Source: an uncultured Oscillospiraceae bacterium
GTDB taxonomy: Bacteria > Bacillota > Clostridia > Oscillospirales > Acutalibacteraceae
NCBI GenBank assembly: GCA_949295415.1
Contig: CASFLA010000052.1
Coordinates: 25,911-89,910 of the forward strand
Length of the DNA stretch: 64,000 nucleotides
Reading direction: 5' to 3'
Below, in pieces: positions 46,740 to 59,944 of this stretch. Position numbers and translations under genes: made by a program. The notes beneath the pieces are model-generated. The model saw only the letters and a program-made list of their open reading frames with translations, was not told the DNA's origin and did no database searches. Positions within the stretch are counted from its first letter, which is position 1, and each line of letters begins with the position of its first letter.

Positions 46740-48677
46740 CTATTTGGAATTATCTCTTGTGTAATTAAGCAGTCCGCCGGCAAGAATAATAGCCTTGGTT
46801 CTGCCTGAAAGCTGAGGGACGACCTCATATGCTTCGCCTGTGGTTTTATTCTTTAAAATAACCGGCTTATCGTTTATAATATTGTTCTTTATATCGGTAA
46901 ATTGAAGCTCATCAAACTGACTTATCTTGTCATAATCGGCTGGGTTTTTGAAAGTAAGGGGAAGAATACCTGCATTTATAAGGTTTGCAACATGAATTCT
47001 TGCAAATGATTTTGCAACAACTGCCTTGATGCCAAGGTATAAAGGAACCAATGCTGCATGCTCACGCGATGAACCCTGACCGTAGTTTTCACCACCTATA
47101 ATAATTCCTTTGCCTTCTTTTATGCAATTCTCGGGGAACTGCTCGTCACAAGCAGTAAAGCAGAAATTGGAAAGATACGGAATGTTTGAACGGTAGGGAA
47201 GAATCTTTGCGCCTGCCGGCATAATATGGTCAGTTGTGATGTTATCGCCAACCTTCAGAACTGCCTTTGCGGCTATTGTATCGCCGATAGGCTCTGCCTT
47301 GGGGAAAGGCTTTATATTAGGACCGCGAAGAATCTCGACATCCTTTGCATCCTCTATGGATGCAGGTGCATCAACCATATTATCATTTATCATAAACTTG
47401 TCGGGCAAGGTAATGCTCTTGATATCGGCATCAAGCTCTCTCGGGTCAGTAAAATAACCTGTAAGCGCCGCCGCTGCTGCAGTTTCAGGGCTTACTAAGT
47501 AAACGCCTGCATCCTTAGTTCCTGAACGGCCTTCAAAGTTGCGGTTAAAGGTTCTTAAAGAGATACCCTTGGAATTGGGCGATTGACCCATCCCGATGCA
47601 AGGACCGCAAGCACATTCCAAAATTCTGACACCTGCTGCAATAAGCTTAGATAATGCTCCGCATTCGGCAAGCATATTAAATACCTGCTTACTTCCCGGC
47701 GCAATACCAACCGAAACAGAGGGGTCAACCGTCTTGCCGTCAAAAATAGCGGCAACTTTTAACATATCATAAAGGGAAGAGTTGGTGCAGCTTCCAATCA
47801 GAACCTGGTCAACCTTAAGACCTTTAAGCTCACTGACGGTTTTGATATTATCAGGCATATGAGGTGCTGCGGCAAGAGGCTCTAATTCTGAAAGATTAAC
47901 AGAGATTTCCTTATCATAAACTGCATCCTCATCGCTATATAAAGGAGTAAAGTCTTGCTCGCGACCTTGGGCTAATAAAAATTTTCTTGTTATCTCATCA
48001 GAGGGAAAAATAGAGGTGGTAGCACCAAGCTCTGCACCCATATTGGTTATGGTTGCTCTTTCGGGAACAGAAAGGGTTTTAACGCCCTCGCCGGCATATT
48101 CAACTATATATCCAACGCCACCTTTAACGCTTAACTGGCGCAAAACCTCTAAAATAACATCCTTGGCCGAAACAAAGGGTGATAGCTTGCCGAGCAGATT
48201 AACCCTGATCATTTTGGGCATAGGAGTATAGTAAGCACCGCCGCCCATAGCAACAGCAACATCCATTCCGCCGGCTCCGATAGCCAGCATTCCGATACCG
48301 CCGCCTGTTGGGGTATGAGAATCAGAACCGATTAAAGTTTTGCCGGGAATGCCAAAACGCTCCAAATGAACCTGATGGCAGATACCGTTACCGGGTCTTG
48401 AATAATAAATGCCGTGCTTTTTAGCAATTGACTGAATAAATCTGTGGTCATCAGCATTCTCAAAGCCGGTCTGCAAGGTGTTATGGTCAATATATGCTAC
48501 TGAGCGTTCGGTTTTAACGCGATCAACGCCCATAGCCTCAAACTCTAAGTATGCCATTGTTCCGGTTGCGTCCTGAGTAAGAGTTTGGTCAATTTTAATA
48601 CCGATATCCTCTCCGGGAATCATTGAACCGTCAACTAAATGCGCTTTTATAATTTTCTGTGCAATTGTAAGTCCCAT
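46740..48677 (-). CDS. aconitate hydratase (short ~640-aa type)
   Basis: Fe-S ligand contexts (GSDSHT, IGSCTN, CGPCIGMG) and a C-terminal swivel domain (GGENYGQGSSREHAA). Confidence 0.88.
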   Translation of the reverse strand: MGLTIAQKIIKAHLVDGSMIPGEDIGIKIDQTLTQDATGTMAYLEFEAMGVDRVKTERSVAYIDHNTLQTGFENADDHRFIQSIAKKHGIYYSRPGNGICHQVHLERFGIPGKTLIGSDSHTPTGGGIGMLAIGAGGMDVAVAMGGGAYYTPMPKMIRVNLLGKLSPFVSAKDVILEVLRQLSVKGGVGYIVEYAGEGVKTLSVPERATITNMGAELGATTSIFPSDEITRKFLLAQGREQDFTPLYSDEDAVYDKEISVNLSELEPLAAAPHMPDNIKTVSELKGLKVDQVLIGSCTNSSLYDMLKVAAIFDGKTVDPSVSVGIAPGSKQVFNMLAECGALSKLIAAGVRILECACGPCIGMGQSPNSKGISLRTFNRNFEGRSGTKDAGVYLVSPETAAAAALTGYFTDPRELDADIKSITLPDKFMINDNMVDAPASIEDAKDVEILRGPNIKPFPKAEPIGDTIAAKAVLKVGDNITTDHIMPAGAKILPYRSNIPYLSNFCFTACDEQFPENCIKEGKGIIIGGENYGQGSSREHAALVPLYLGIKAVVAKSFARIHVANLINAGILPLTFKNPADYDKISQFDELQFTDIKNNIINDKPVILKNKTTGEAYEVVPQLSGRTKAIILAGGLLNYTRDNSK

Positions 48678-48708
48678 ATTATCTCAACTCCAGTTTAGTT
48701 ATGGAGAT

Positions 48709-48737
48709 ATTATCCTATATTTGCAGTTTATTGTCAA
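48709..48737 (-). promoter_or_regulatory. sigma-A promoter of acn-icd-rex (TTGACA-17-GATAAT)
   Basis: On the minus strand, -35 at 48737-48732 and -10 at 48714-48709. Confidence 0.5.
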
Positions 48738-48748
48738 CAATTTAACAC
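48731..48748. promoter_or_regulatory. candidate Rex operator (TTGTCAAcaatTTAACAC)
   Basis: 12 of 14 matches to the clostridial Rex consensus TTGTTAA-N4-TTAACAA. Overlaps the -35 of the acn promoter. Confidence 0.4.
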
Positions 48749-48913
48749 AATAAAAAGATAATCTTAACAACTTTGTTAAAATAATAAACTATTTGTTTAA
48801 TAAAATAACAGTATTTAGGCAGTTATAATAAATATTTTTCTATTATTTTAGGGTGAAAATGCACAAAGGTCAGGGAAAGTCAAAAAATTTTTTCAAAATT
48901 TAAAGAAAAACTA

Positions 48914-48942
48914 TTGACAATTGGAAAATTTATGTTAATATA
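48914..48942 (+). promoter_or_regulatory. sigma-A promoter of the hrcA operon
   Basis: TTGACA at 48914-48919, 16-nt spacer, then TAATAT. The CIRCE element lies immediately downstream. Confidence 0.5.
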
Positions 48943-48948
48943 AGGTTG

Positions 48949-48975
48949 TTAGCACTCGCAAGCGGAGAGTGCTAA
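48949..48975. promoter_or_regulatory. CIRCE operator (HrcA binding site)
   Basis: TTAGCACTC-gcaagcgga-GAGTGCTAA is a perfect match to TTAGCACTC-N9-GAGTGCTAA. Confidence 0.95.
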
Positions 48976-49002
48976 AAGTGGGAAGTAAGGGGTGAGCTTA
49001 AG

Positions 49003-50037
49003 GTGCAACTCAGCGAGAGAAAAAGAATAATTCTTTCAGCTTTAATTAAGAATTATATCAAAACAGGCGAGCCGATTGGCTCAAAACTGCTTATCGAATT
49101 AAGCGGTCTTGATGTTTCGTCTGCAACCCTTCGCAATGAAATGAGTGAGCTTTGTGAGCTCGGGCTTTTGGATCAGCCTCATACCTCTGCAGGAAGAAGA
49201 CCCACAAGCGTTGGCTACAACTTCTATTTTAAAAACCTTATGAAAAGGCGTGAAGTTCCTGCCGATTTAAGAATAATAATTGATAAGATGCTTACCGATG
49301 CTTCTAAAGACCCTGAGCATTTATCCTCTATAGCAGGTCAGGTGCTTTCGGATATGACCGGCTTCCCAACGATTATGGCAACCGTAACCAAGGATGAAAC
49401 CTTTATCCATAAAATTCAGGTTTTGCCTATGGGAATCAGAACGGTTCTGATTTTACTTATTACCTCTGACGGTCTTGCAAAAAGCAGAATTTGCCGCAGC
49501 GCGTTTAACCTTGCGCCCAATGTTCTTTCCGAGTTTTTGAAAACCGTTAACGAGGATATTATAGGAATTGAGCTTAAAAGTTTTACTCCCGCTTTCTTGC
49601 AATCATTGGTTGCAAAATCTAATGATATTTCTTTATACATAACGCCGCTGCTGACAACTGTTTATGAAATGGCAGAGGAGCTGCAGTCAAAAAGCATCAG
49701 CGTTAAGGGAGAGTCAAATCTCCTTAAATGCTATTCTAACGAGTATGATGCAAGAGCAATTCTAAGCTTGCTGACAAGGCAGGAATCTCTGTTCTCAATA
49801 CTTACTAACACTAAAGATGATATTGAAATTGTATTCGGTGATGAAACGGGAATTGAAGAATTAAAGCCCTCGAACCTTGTTGTTGCAAAATATTGCTTAG
49901 GAGACAAGGATATCGGCAGAATCGGCGTTTTAGGACCAACAAGAATGGCCTATGAGCATATAATTCCGAGTGTTGAATACTTTGCAACTAAGCTCGGCGA
50001 GGTTATGACTCAGGCAATCAGAGATTTCGATGAATAA
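49003..50037 (+). CDS. hrcA: heat-inducible transcription repressor HrcA
   Basis: N-terminal wHTH (LSERKRIILSALIKNYIKTGEPIGSK). GTG start. First gene after CIRCE. Confidence 0.92.
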   Translation: MQLSERKRIILSALIKNYIKTGEPIGSKLLIELSGLDVSSATLRNEMSELCELGLLDQPHTSAGRRPTSVGYNFYFKNLMKRREVPADLRIIIDKMLTDASKDPEHLSSIAGQVLSDMTGFPTIMATVTKDETFIHKIQVLPMGIRTVLILLITSDGLAKSRICRSAFNLAPNVLSEFLKTVNEDIIGIELKSFTPAFLQSLVAKSNDISLYITPLLTTVYEMAEELQSKSISVKGESNLLKCYSNEYDARAILSLLTRQESLFSILTNTKDDIEIVFGDETGIEELKPSNLVVAKYCLGDKDIGRIGVLGPTRMAYEHIIPSVEYFATKLGEVMTQAIRDFDE

Positions 50038-50061
50038 ATTTTAGCAGAAAGGATGATATTT

Positions 50062-50589
50062 ATGGCTGAAAATGAGAAAAATGTTGATGTTGAAGCTTCC
50101 GGTGAAAAGCCTGTCGCTAAAAAGAGTTCACAGAAGAAAAATAAATATCAGGAAGAAATCGCTGCTTTGAAAGAGGAAATAGCAAAGCAAAAGGATTTAC
50201 TTCTCAGAACCGCCGCAGAATTTGATAACTATAAACGCAGAACAACCGAGCAGAGTGTTTCGGCCGCCGAATATGTTAAGGCGGGAATGCTAAAAAAACT
50301 GCTTCCTGTGTTTGATAATGTTGACCGCGCGGCTTTGGCTGATAAGGAAAGCGCCGATTATGCAAAAGGCGTTGAATTAACGGTTAAAATGCTGACTGAG
50401 GCAGTTACGGAGCTTGGAATGGTTGAAATAGGCAAGGTTGGCGAAGCCTTTGACCCTAAATTCCATGAGGCCGTTATGCATATAGATGATGAGTCGCTTG
50501 GCGAAAATGTTATAAGCCAAGTGCTCCAAAAGGGCTACAAAATAGGGGATACGGTTATTCGTCCCGCTATGGTTGCAGTTGCTAACTAA
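50062..50589 (+). CDS. grpE: nucleotide exchange factor GrpE
   Basis: LLRTAAEFDNYKRR block and a C-terminal beta domain (FDPKFHEAV...RPAMV). The ATG at 50062 has the better SD spacing. Confidence 0.92.
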   Translation: MAENEKNVDVEASGEKPVAKKSSQKKNKYQEEIAALKEEIAKQKDLLLRTAAEFDNYKRRTTEQSVSAAEYVKAGMLKKLLPVFDNVDRAALADKESADYAKGVELTVKMLTEAVTELGMVEIGKVGEAFDPKFHEAVMHIDDESLGENVISQVLQKGYKIGDTVIRPAMVAVAN

Positions 50590-50629
50590 GTTTTAAACTA
50601 TTAAATATTTATTTTTGGAGGAAATTATT

Positions 50630-52480
50630 ATGGGAAAAATTATTGGTATTGATCTTGGAACAACTAACTCTTGCGTTGCCGTTATGGAAGGCGGCGAGGC
50701 AGTTGTTATTCCTAACGCTGAAGGCGGCAGAACAACTCCTTCCGTTGTTGCTTTCTCAAAAGCAGGCGAGAGAATGGTAGGCCAGGTTGCAAAGCGTCAG
50801 GCTATCACTAACCCTGACAGAACAGTTGTCTCTATCAAAAGAGAAATGGGAACAGAATATACCGTTGATATTGACGGCAAGAAATATACTCCTCAGGAGA
50901 TTTCGGCAATTTTGCTCCAGAAGCTTAAAGCCGATGCTGAGAGCTATCTCGGAACAACCGTTACCGAGGCAGTTATAACTGTTCCTGCATACTTTACTGA
51001 TGCTCAGCGTCAGGCAACCAAGGATGCAGGTAAAATTGCTGGCCTTGATGTTAAGAGAATTATCAATGAGCCTACTGCAGCAGCATTAGCTTTCGGTGTT
51101 GATAAGGAAGATGACCAGAAGGTTATGGTTTATGACCTCGGCGGCGGAACATTCGACGTTTCGATTATCGAAATGGGCGACGGCGTTCAGGAGGTTCTTG
51201 CAACTGCAGGTAACAACCGTCTTGGCGGTGATGATTTTGATAAACGAATTATGGATTGGATTGTTGCCGATTTCAAAAAACTGAACGGTATCGACCTTTC
51301 TAACGATAATATGGCTATGCAGCGTATCAAAGAGGCTGCAGAAAAGGCAAAAATTGACCTTTCGGGTATGACCTCTGCAGATATTAACCTTCCCTTTATT
51401 ACTGCAGATGCAACCGGTCCTAAGCATTATGAGACAACCATTACAAGAGCTAAGTTCAACGAGCTTACTGCTGACCTTGTTGAAGCAACTATGGGTCCCG
51501 TTCGTCAGGCTCTTTCTGACTCGGGTCTTTCAACCAACGATATTAACAAGGTTCTTATGGTCGGCGGTTCTTCAAGAATTCCCGCCGTTCAAGAGGCAGT
51601 TAAGAAGTTTATCGGCCGTGAGCCCTTCAAGGGCATCAACCCCGACGAATGCGTAGCACTTGGTGCCGCATTGCAGGGCGGTGTTTTAGGCGGCGATGTT
51701 AAGGGGCTTCTCCTTCTCGATGTTACTCCTCTCTCTCTCGGTATTGAAACAATGGGCGGAGTTTGCACCAAGGTTATTGACCGCAACACCACAATTCCTA
51801 CTAAGAAGAGTCAGATTTTCTCTACCGCGGCTGACGGTCAGACCTCCGTTGAGGTTCACGTTCTTCAGGGCGAAAGAGAGTTTGCAAAAGATAATAAAAC
51901 TCTCGGCGTATTCCATCTTGACGGTATTGCTCCTGCACCGCGTGGTATCCCGCAGATTGAAGTTTCGTTTGATATTGATGCAAACGGTATCGTAAATGTT
52001 TCTGCTAAAGACCTTGGCACAGGCAAAGAGCAGTCTATCACCATTACTTCTTCAACCAATATGTCTAAGGACGATATTGACAAGGCAGTTAAAGAGGCTG
52101 AACAGTATGCCGCTGAGGATAAAAAGCGTCGCGAAGAGGCTGATTTACGCAACAATGCTGACCAGCTTGTTTACACCTCTGAGAAGACTGTTGCTGACTT
52201 CGGCGATAAATTGACCGAGGAAGAAAAGAACGATATTACCAATGCCGCTAACGAGCTTAAAGAGGCTTTGAAGGGCACCGATATCGAGGCTATCAAAGCA
52301 AAGCAGGATGAGCTTCAGAAGAAGGTTTTTGCTGTATCTGAGAAGGTTTATAAGGCCGCTCAGGAGGCTGCAAATGCCGCAAATGCCGCAAATGCTAACG
52401 GTGCAGATGCAGGTGCTGCCGCTGACCAGGGTAATGTGTATGATGCAGATTATACCGATGTTGATGACACAAATAAATAA
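50630..52480 (+). CDS. dnaK: molecular chaperone DnaK
   Basis: [22 protein letters not shown] and the full Hsp70 pattern. GGAGG SD before the ATG at 50630. Confidence 0.98.
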   Translation: MGKIIGIDLGTTNSCVAVMEGGEAVVIPNAEGGRTTPSVVAFSKAGERMVGQVAKRQAITNPDRTVVSIKREMGTEYTVDIDGKKYTPQEISAILLQKLKADAESYLGTTVTEAVITVPAYFTDAQRQATKDAGKIAGLDVKRIINEPTAAALAFGVDKEDDQKVMVYDLGGGTFDVSIIEMGDGVQEVLATAGNNRLGGDDFDKRIMDWIVADFKKLNGIDLSNDNMAMQRIKEAAEKAKIDLSGMTSADINLPFITADATGPKHYETTITRAKFNELTADLVEATMGPVRQALSDSGLSTNDINKVLMVGGSSRIPAVQEAVKKFIGREPFKGINPDECVALGAALQGGVLGGDVKGLLLLDVTPLSLGIETMGGVCTKVIDRNTTIPTKKSQIFSTAADGQTSVEVHVLQGEREFAKDNKTLGVFHLDGIAPAPRGIPQIEVSFDIDANGIVNVSAKDLGTGKEQSITITSSTNMSKDDIDKAVKEAEQYAAEDKKRREEADLRNNADQLVYTSEKTVADFGDKLTEEEKNDITNAANELKEALKGTDIEAIKAKQDELQKKVFAVSEKVYKAAQEAANAANAANANGADAGAAADQGNVYDADYTDVDDTNK

Positions 52481-52493
52481 ACATTAAAAGTTA

Positions 52494-52519
52494 ATACGGG
52501 TGCTGAAAAGCACCCGTAT
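52494..52519 (+). terminator. dnaK-dnaJ intergenic hairpin (partial terminator or processing site)
   Basis: Stem atacgggtgc / gcacccgtat with loop tgaaaa. The T-run is displaced by 8 nt. Confidence 0.45.
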
Positions 52520-52552
52520 ATACATATTTTTGGCACTGAGGAGTGTTAGCAC

Positions 52553-53719
52553 TTGGCAGATAAAAAAGACTATTATGAAGTGCTTGGCATTGATAGAAGC
52601 GCCGGTGAGGACGAGATAAAAAAAGCCTATCGTAAGATGGCTAAAAAGTATCATCCTGACTTAAATCCCGGCGATAAAGAGGCAGAAAAGCACTTTAAAG
52701 AGGCGGCAGAGGCCTATGAGGTTTTATCTGACGCTGATAAAAAAGCAAGATATGACCAGTTCGGCCACGCGGGAGTTGACCCCAACTTTGGAGCAGGCGG
52801 CGGTGGAGCAGGCGGCGGTGGAGCAGGCGGCTTAGGCGGCTTCGGAGATTTCGGCGATTTAGGCGATATCTTCGGCAGCTTCTTTGGCGGCGGCTTCGGT
52901 GGCTCAAGAAGGGCTGACCCAAATGCTCCGAGAAGAGGTCAGGACACCTCGGCTTCGGTTATACTTAGCTTTGAAGAAGCGGCAAAGGGCTGCGTTAAGA
53001 AAATCAAGGTAACCAGAATTGAAAACTGTGCTGACTGCGGAGGTAGCGGTGCGGCTAAGGGCTCATCGCCTAAAACCTGCCCGATTTGCCATGGCGCAGG
53101 CTATGTCAATGTTACTCAGAGAACACCGTTTGGCGCAATGCAGACCTCGCGTCCTTGCGATAACTGTCACGGAAGCGGAAAAATTATTGATAATCCTTGC
53201 AAAACCTGCAACGGTAAGGGCAGAGTTCGCCGAACAACCGAAAAGGAAATCAATATTCCTGCCGGTGTTGATGACGGACAGTATATCAATCTTCGCGGCG
53301 GTGGAGATATGGGTGTTAACGGTGGGCCTGCGGGTGACCTTCGCATCAATATTTCAATCCGTCCGCATCCTATTTTTGTTCGCGATCAGTTCGATGTTTA
53401 CTGCGAGGTTCCGGTTAGTTTTACTCAGGCGGCTTTGGGCGGAGATATAACCGTTCCAACGCTTGACGGCAAGGTTAAATTCACTATACATGAGGGAACT
53501 CAGCCGGGAGATGAGTTTAAACTAAGAGGCAAGGGTATCCAACGCCTTAATTATTCAGGTCGTGGAGACCAGTATGTTAAAATAGTGGTAGAAGTTCCGC
53601 GCAATCTTTCAAAACCGCAGAAAGAAATGCTGGAAAAATTCGAACAAAGTGTTTCTGACGATAACTATAAAAAGCGAAAAGGCTTTTTAAATAAGTTGAA
53701 AGAGTTTTTCAGAGATTAA
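52553..53719 (+). CDS. dnaJ: molecular chaperone DnaJ
   Basis: J domain with HPD, G/F linker, four CxxCxGxG zinc-finger repeats. TTG start after GAGGAG. Confidence 0.97.
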   Translation: MADKKDYYEVLGIDRSAGEDEIKKAYRKMAKKYHPDLNPGDKEAEKHFKEAAEAYEVLSDADKKARYDQFGHAGVDPNFGAGGGGAGGGGAGGLGGFGDFGDLGDIFGSFFGGGFGGSRRADPNAPRRGQDTSASVILSFEEAAKGCVKKIKVTRIENCADCGGSGAAKGSSPKTCPICHGAGYVNVTQRTPFGAMQTSRPCDNCHGSGKIIDNPCKTCNGKGRVRRTTEKEINIPAGVDDGQYINLRGGGDMGVNGGPAGDLRINISIRPHPIFVRDQFDVYCEVPVSFTQAALGGDITVPTLDGKVKFTIHEGTQPGDEFKLRGKGIQRLNYSGRGDQYVKIVVEVPRNLSKPQKEMLEKFEQSVSDDNYKKRKGFLNKLKEFFRD

Positions 53720-53733
53720 ATAACGCTGTGCAT

Positions 53734-53770
53734 TGCCCAAATGTTCTTAAGGACACTTGGGCAGTTTTAT
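53734..53770 (+). terminator. terminator of dnaJ
   Basis: Stem tgcccaa(a)tgt / aca(c)ttgggca followed by gttttatt. Confidence 0.6.
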
Positions 53771-53940
53771 TCGCCTTGCGGCGAGTGATATTGCTCCGCA
53801 GAAATATTTGAACTTCGTTCAAGTGATATTGCCTTCGGCAGTTTTTGGCGAATAAAATATCACTAAAAACCGTAGGTTTTAATATCACGATTGCCATAGG
53901 CAGTCATACCACTCTGTGCGAAAAGCACAGAATATCACTA
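53767..53940. repeat. non-coding region dense in short hairpins and the 8-mer GTGATATT / AATATCAC
   Basis: GTGATATT at 53785 and 53823. AATATCAC at 53856, 53881 and 53931. Seven short hairpins. 9-bp long-range complement 53767-53775 / 53847-53855. Confidence 0.55.
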
Positions 53941-53949
53941 AAAAAATTA

Positions 53950-53993
53950 CTACCCGAAAAAGAGTTTTGTTTTCTCTTCTTCGGGTAGTTTTG
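53950..53993. terminator. long bidirectional terminator hairpin
   Basis: ctacccgaaaaagag...ctcttcttcgggtag, flanked by A7 upstream and TTTT downstream. Confidence 0.75.
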
Positions 53994-54095
53994 TCTTATG
54001 CTGTCACAAGCAGGAAATTTGTGTGCCAAATTTCGCTTTTATTAAAGATAACTGTCCTTAGCAACCCTGCTCATTACGCACAGCATTTTTTTGTT

Positions 54096-58384
<4,289 letters not shown>

Positions 58385-58534
58385 AATCAAAACCTCTAAT
58401 TTAAAATAAAGATACAATATACCCAATTTATAATATAATTATACACTAGCTTCAATATATTATCAACTTAAAATGCACAAAAATTTATATATTCGCATAG
58501 TCCGACAAAATAATTGCTATGTTTAAGATAAAAT

Positions 58535-58569
58535 AAAAAAAGCCGACCATTAAGGTCGGCTTAAAAAAA
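58535..58569. terminator. bidirectional terminator (A-tract, agccgacc/ggtcggct, T/A tracts)
   Basis: On the minus strand the hairpin follows the stop of the tiny peptide gene and is followed by T7. Confidence 0.7.
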
Positions 58570-58572
58570 GGA

Positions 58573-58689
58573 TTAGCAGCAGCCGTTATCGCAACCGCAT
58601 CCGTTGCCGTTACCATTTCCGCAGCAGAAGAAAACGATAATGAGAAGTATAATAATCCAGCAGCAGTTATTTCCACCAAAACCACACAT
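58573..58689 (-). CDS. 38-aa Cys/Gly-rich tiny transmembrane peptide (YjcZ/tiny_TM-like sporulation peptide family)
   Basis: Hand translation gives MCGFGGNNCCWIIILLIIVFFCCGNGNGNGCGCDNGCC. AAAGGAGGA SD 8 nt upstream. Terminator directly after the stop. Confidence 0.65.
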   Translation of the reverse strand: MCGFGGNNCCWIIILLIIVFFCCGNGNGNGCGCDNGCC

Positions 58690-58883
58690 AATTGATATCC
58701 TCCTTTCCCTTGCTTCTATTGCATTTTATGAGAATTTTTGAAATGTGTGAAAATGCGAAAATAAAAATCAATTTAAAACAAGAGATATTTAAAGAAAACA
58801 AAAGAAAATAGAAGAAAACAGAAGAAAATATATTATAAATTGAAAAATTAAATATATGGAGTTAAATCTGACAATAATTTGAG

Positions 58884-58900
58884 TTTGACTTTCTTTGACC
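58884..58900. promoter_or_regulatory. CtsR operator
   Basis: The reverse complement GGTCAAAGAAAGTCAAA matches the heptad direct repeat RGTCAAA-NAN-RGTCAAA exactly. Confidence 0.88.
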
Positions 58901-58913
58901 TTTACTGTATAAT
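58885..58913 (+). promoter_or_regulatory. sigma-A promoter of ctsR-mcsA-mcsB-clpC (TTGACT-17-TATAAT)
   Basis: -35 at 58885-58890 and -10 at 58908-58913. The CtsR box covers the -35 and the spacer. Confidence 0.7.
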
Positions 58914-58955
58914 TTACTCAAACCAATAAAGTTAGAATAAAAGGGCAGGAAAAAT

Positions 58956-59408
58956 ATGAGATTGAGCGACCTTATAGCAGAGGAAATTAACAGACTAATT
59001 GACGAATCATTAGATAACACCGCCGAAATTCAGCGTAACGAGCTTGCTTTAAGAGTTGGTTGCGTTCCAAGCCAGATTAACTATGTTTTATCATCGAGAT
59101 TCATTCCGGAGCAGGGATATATCGTTGAAAGCCGCAGAGGCGGTGGCGGATATATAAAAATAACAAGAGTTCGTCTTGATAAAGCATCGGCTTTAATGCA
59201 TCTCGTTAATACCTTAGGACCTGATATTGATGATGCAACTGCCAGAATTATTCTTGATAACTGCCATAGAAGCGGCCTTATTGATGAAAAGGCGGCAAAG
59301 CTTATGTATTCCGCAATTTCCTCCTCGGTTATGAGGGGAGTTCCCGTTACTTTAAGGGATGAATTAAGAGCGGTTATATTAAAAAATATGATACTTTCAC
59401 TCGTTTAG
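58956..59408 (+). CDS. ctsR: transcriptional repressor CtsR
   Basis: MRLSDLIAEEI..., VPSQINYVLSSRF and ESRRGGGGYIKI blocks. Confidence 0.93.
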   Translation: MRLSDLIAEEINRLIDESLDNTAEIQRNELALRVGCVPSQINYVLSSRFIPEQGYIVESRRGGGGYIKITRVRLDKASALMHLVNTLGPDIDDATARIILDNCHRSGLIDEKAAKLMYSAISSSVMRGVPVTLRDELRAVILKNMILSLV

Positions 59409-59431
59409 AAAGGATTTCAGGTGATTTAAAA

Positions 59432-59944
59432 ATGATTTGCAGCAAATGCGGCAAAAACGCCGCCACTAACCATATTCATACCGTTATAAACGGCATAGTC
59501 AAGGATGTATATTTATGCCCTTCCTGCGCTCAGGAAAGTAGCGTTAGCGCCTTTTCAAACGGCGATTTATTTGAGATGTTTTCATATCTTTTGAATGGAG
59601 AAAAAACTGCCGTAGAAAGCCATAAAAAATGCGAGCTTTGCGGTTCTACTATTGAAGATATTTCAAAAAGCGGTAGGGTTGGTTGCGATAAATGTTATGA
59701 TGTTTTCAAAGCCGAGCTTGAACCCTTGCTGATTCGTATTCACGGCAGAACCCAGCATATCGGCAAAAAACCAAAAAGCGCGGTAGAATCAAGCGTTGGC
59801 GAGATTTTTGATAAGCAAAATAAGGGCACTGAAAATGATGAAATTGCCGTTTTAAAGGAGCAACTTAAAAAGGCTATCGCGGACGAAAATTATGAGCAGG
59901 CGGCAGTTATCCGTGACGAAATAAAGCTAAAGGAGGCAAAATAA
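59432..59944 (+). CDS. mcsA: McsA (zinc-finger / UVR-motif activator of McsB)
   Basis: Two CxxC pairs twice, plus a C-terminal UVR motif (AIADENYEQAAVIRDEI). Confidence 0.88.
   Translation: MICSKCGKNAATNHIHTVINGIVKDVYLCPSCAQESSVSAFSNGDLFEMFSYLLNGEKTAVESHKKCELCGSTIEDISKSGRVGCDKCYDVFKAELEPLLIRIHGRTQHIGKKPKSAVESSVGEIFDKQNKGTENDEIAVLKEQLKKAIADENYEQAAVIRDEIKLKEAK

Noticed and set aside
48764-48779. Perfect inverted repeat TTAACAA-ct-TTGTTAA considered as a second Rex site.
   Set aside because: The half-sites face outward and are separated by 2 nt, not TTGTTAA-N4-TTAACAA. It may bind some other factor, but it does not fit the Rex model.
52791-52832. Direct repeats ggagcaggcggcggt in dnaJ, and the 9-bp gcaaatgcc repeats in the dnaK tail (52370-52397).
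   Set aside because: They encode the normal Gly-rich G/F linker of DnaJ and the Ala/Asn-rich C-terminal tail of DnaK.
53810-53820. LexA (Cheo) box-like GAACttcGTTC.
   Set aside because: The spacer is 3 nt rather than the 4 nt of CGAAC-N4-GTTCG, and the flanking C/G are missing. It is more simply one of the local mini-hairpins.
53767-53940. CRISPR array hypothesis for the repeat-rich region after dnaJ.
   Set aside because: The repeats are only 8 nt, occur in both orientations, and are irregularly spaced (38, 33, 25 and 50 bp). No cas genes are present in the window.
58485-58685. 66-aa minus-strand ORF from the track.
   Set aside because: It has no SD, it reads through the terminator hairpin at 58541-58561, and it overlaps in another frame the much better supported 38-aa Cys-rich peptide gene (58573-58689).
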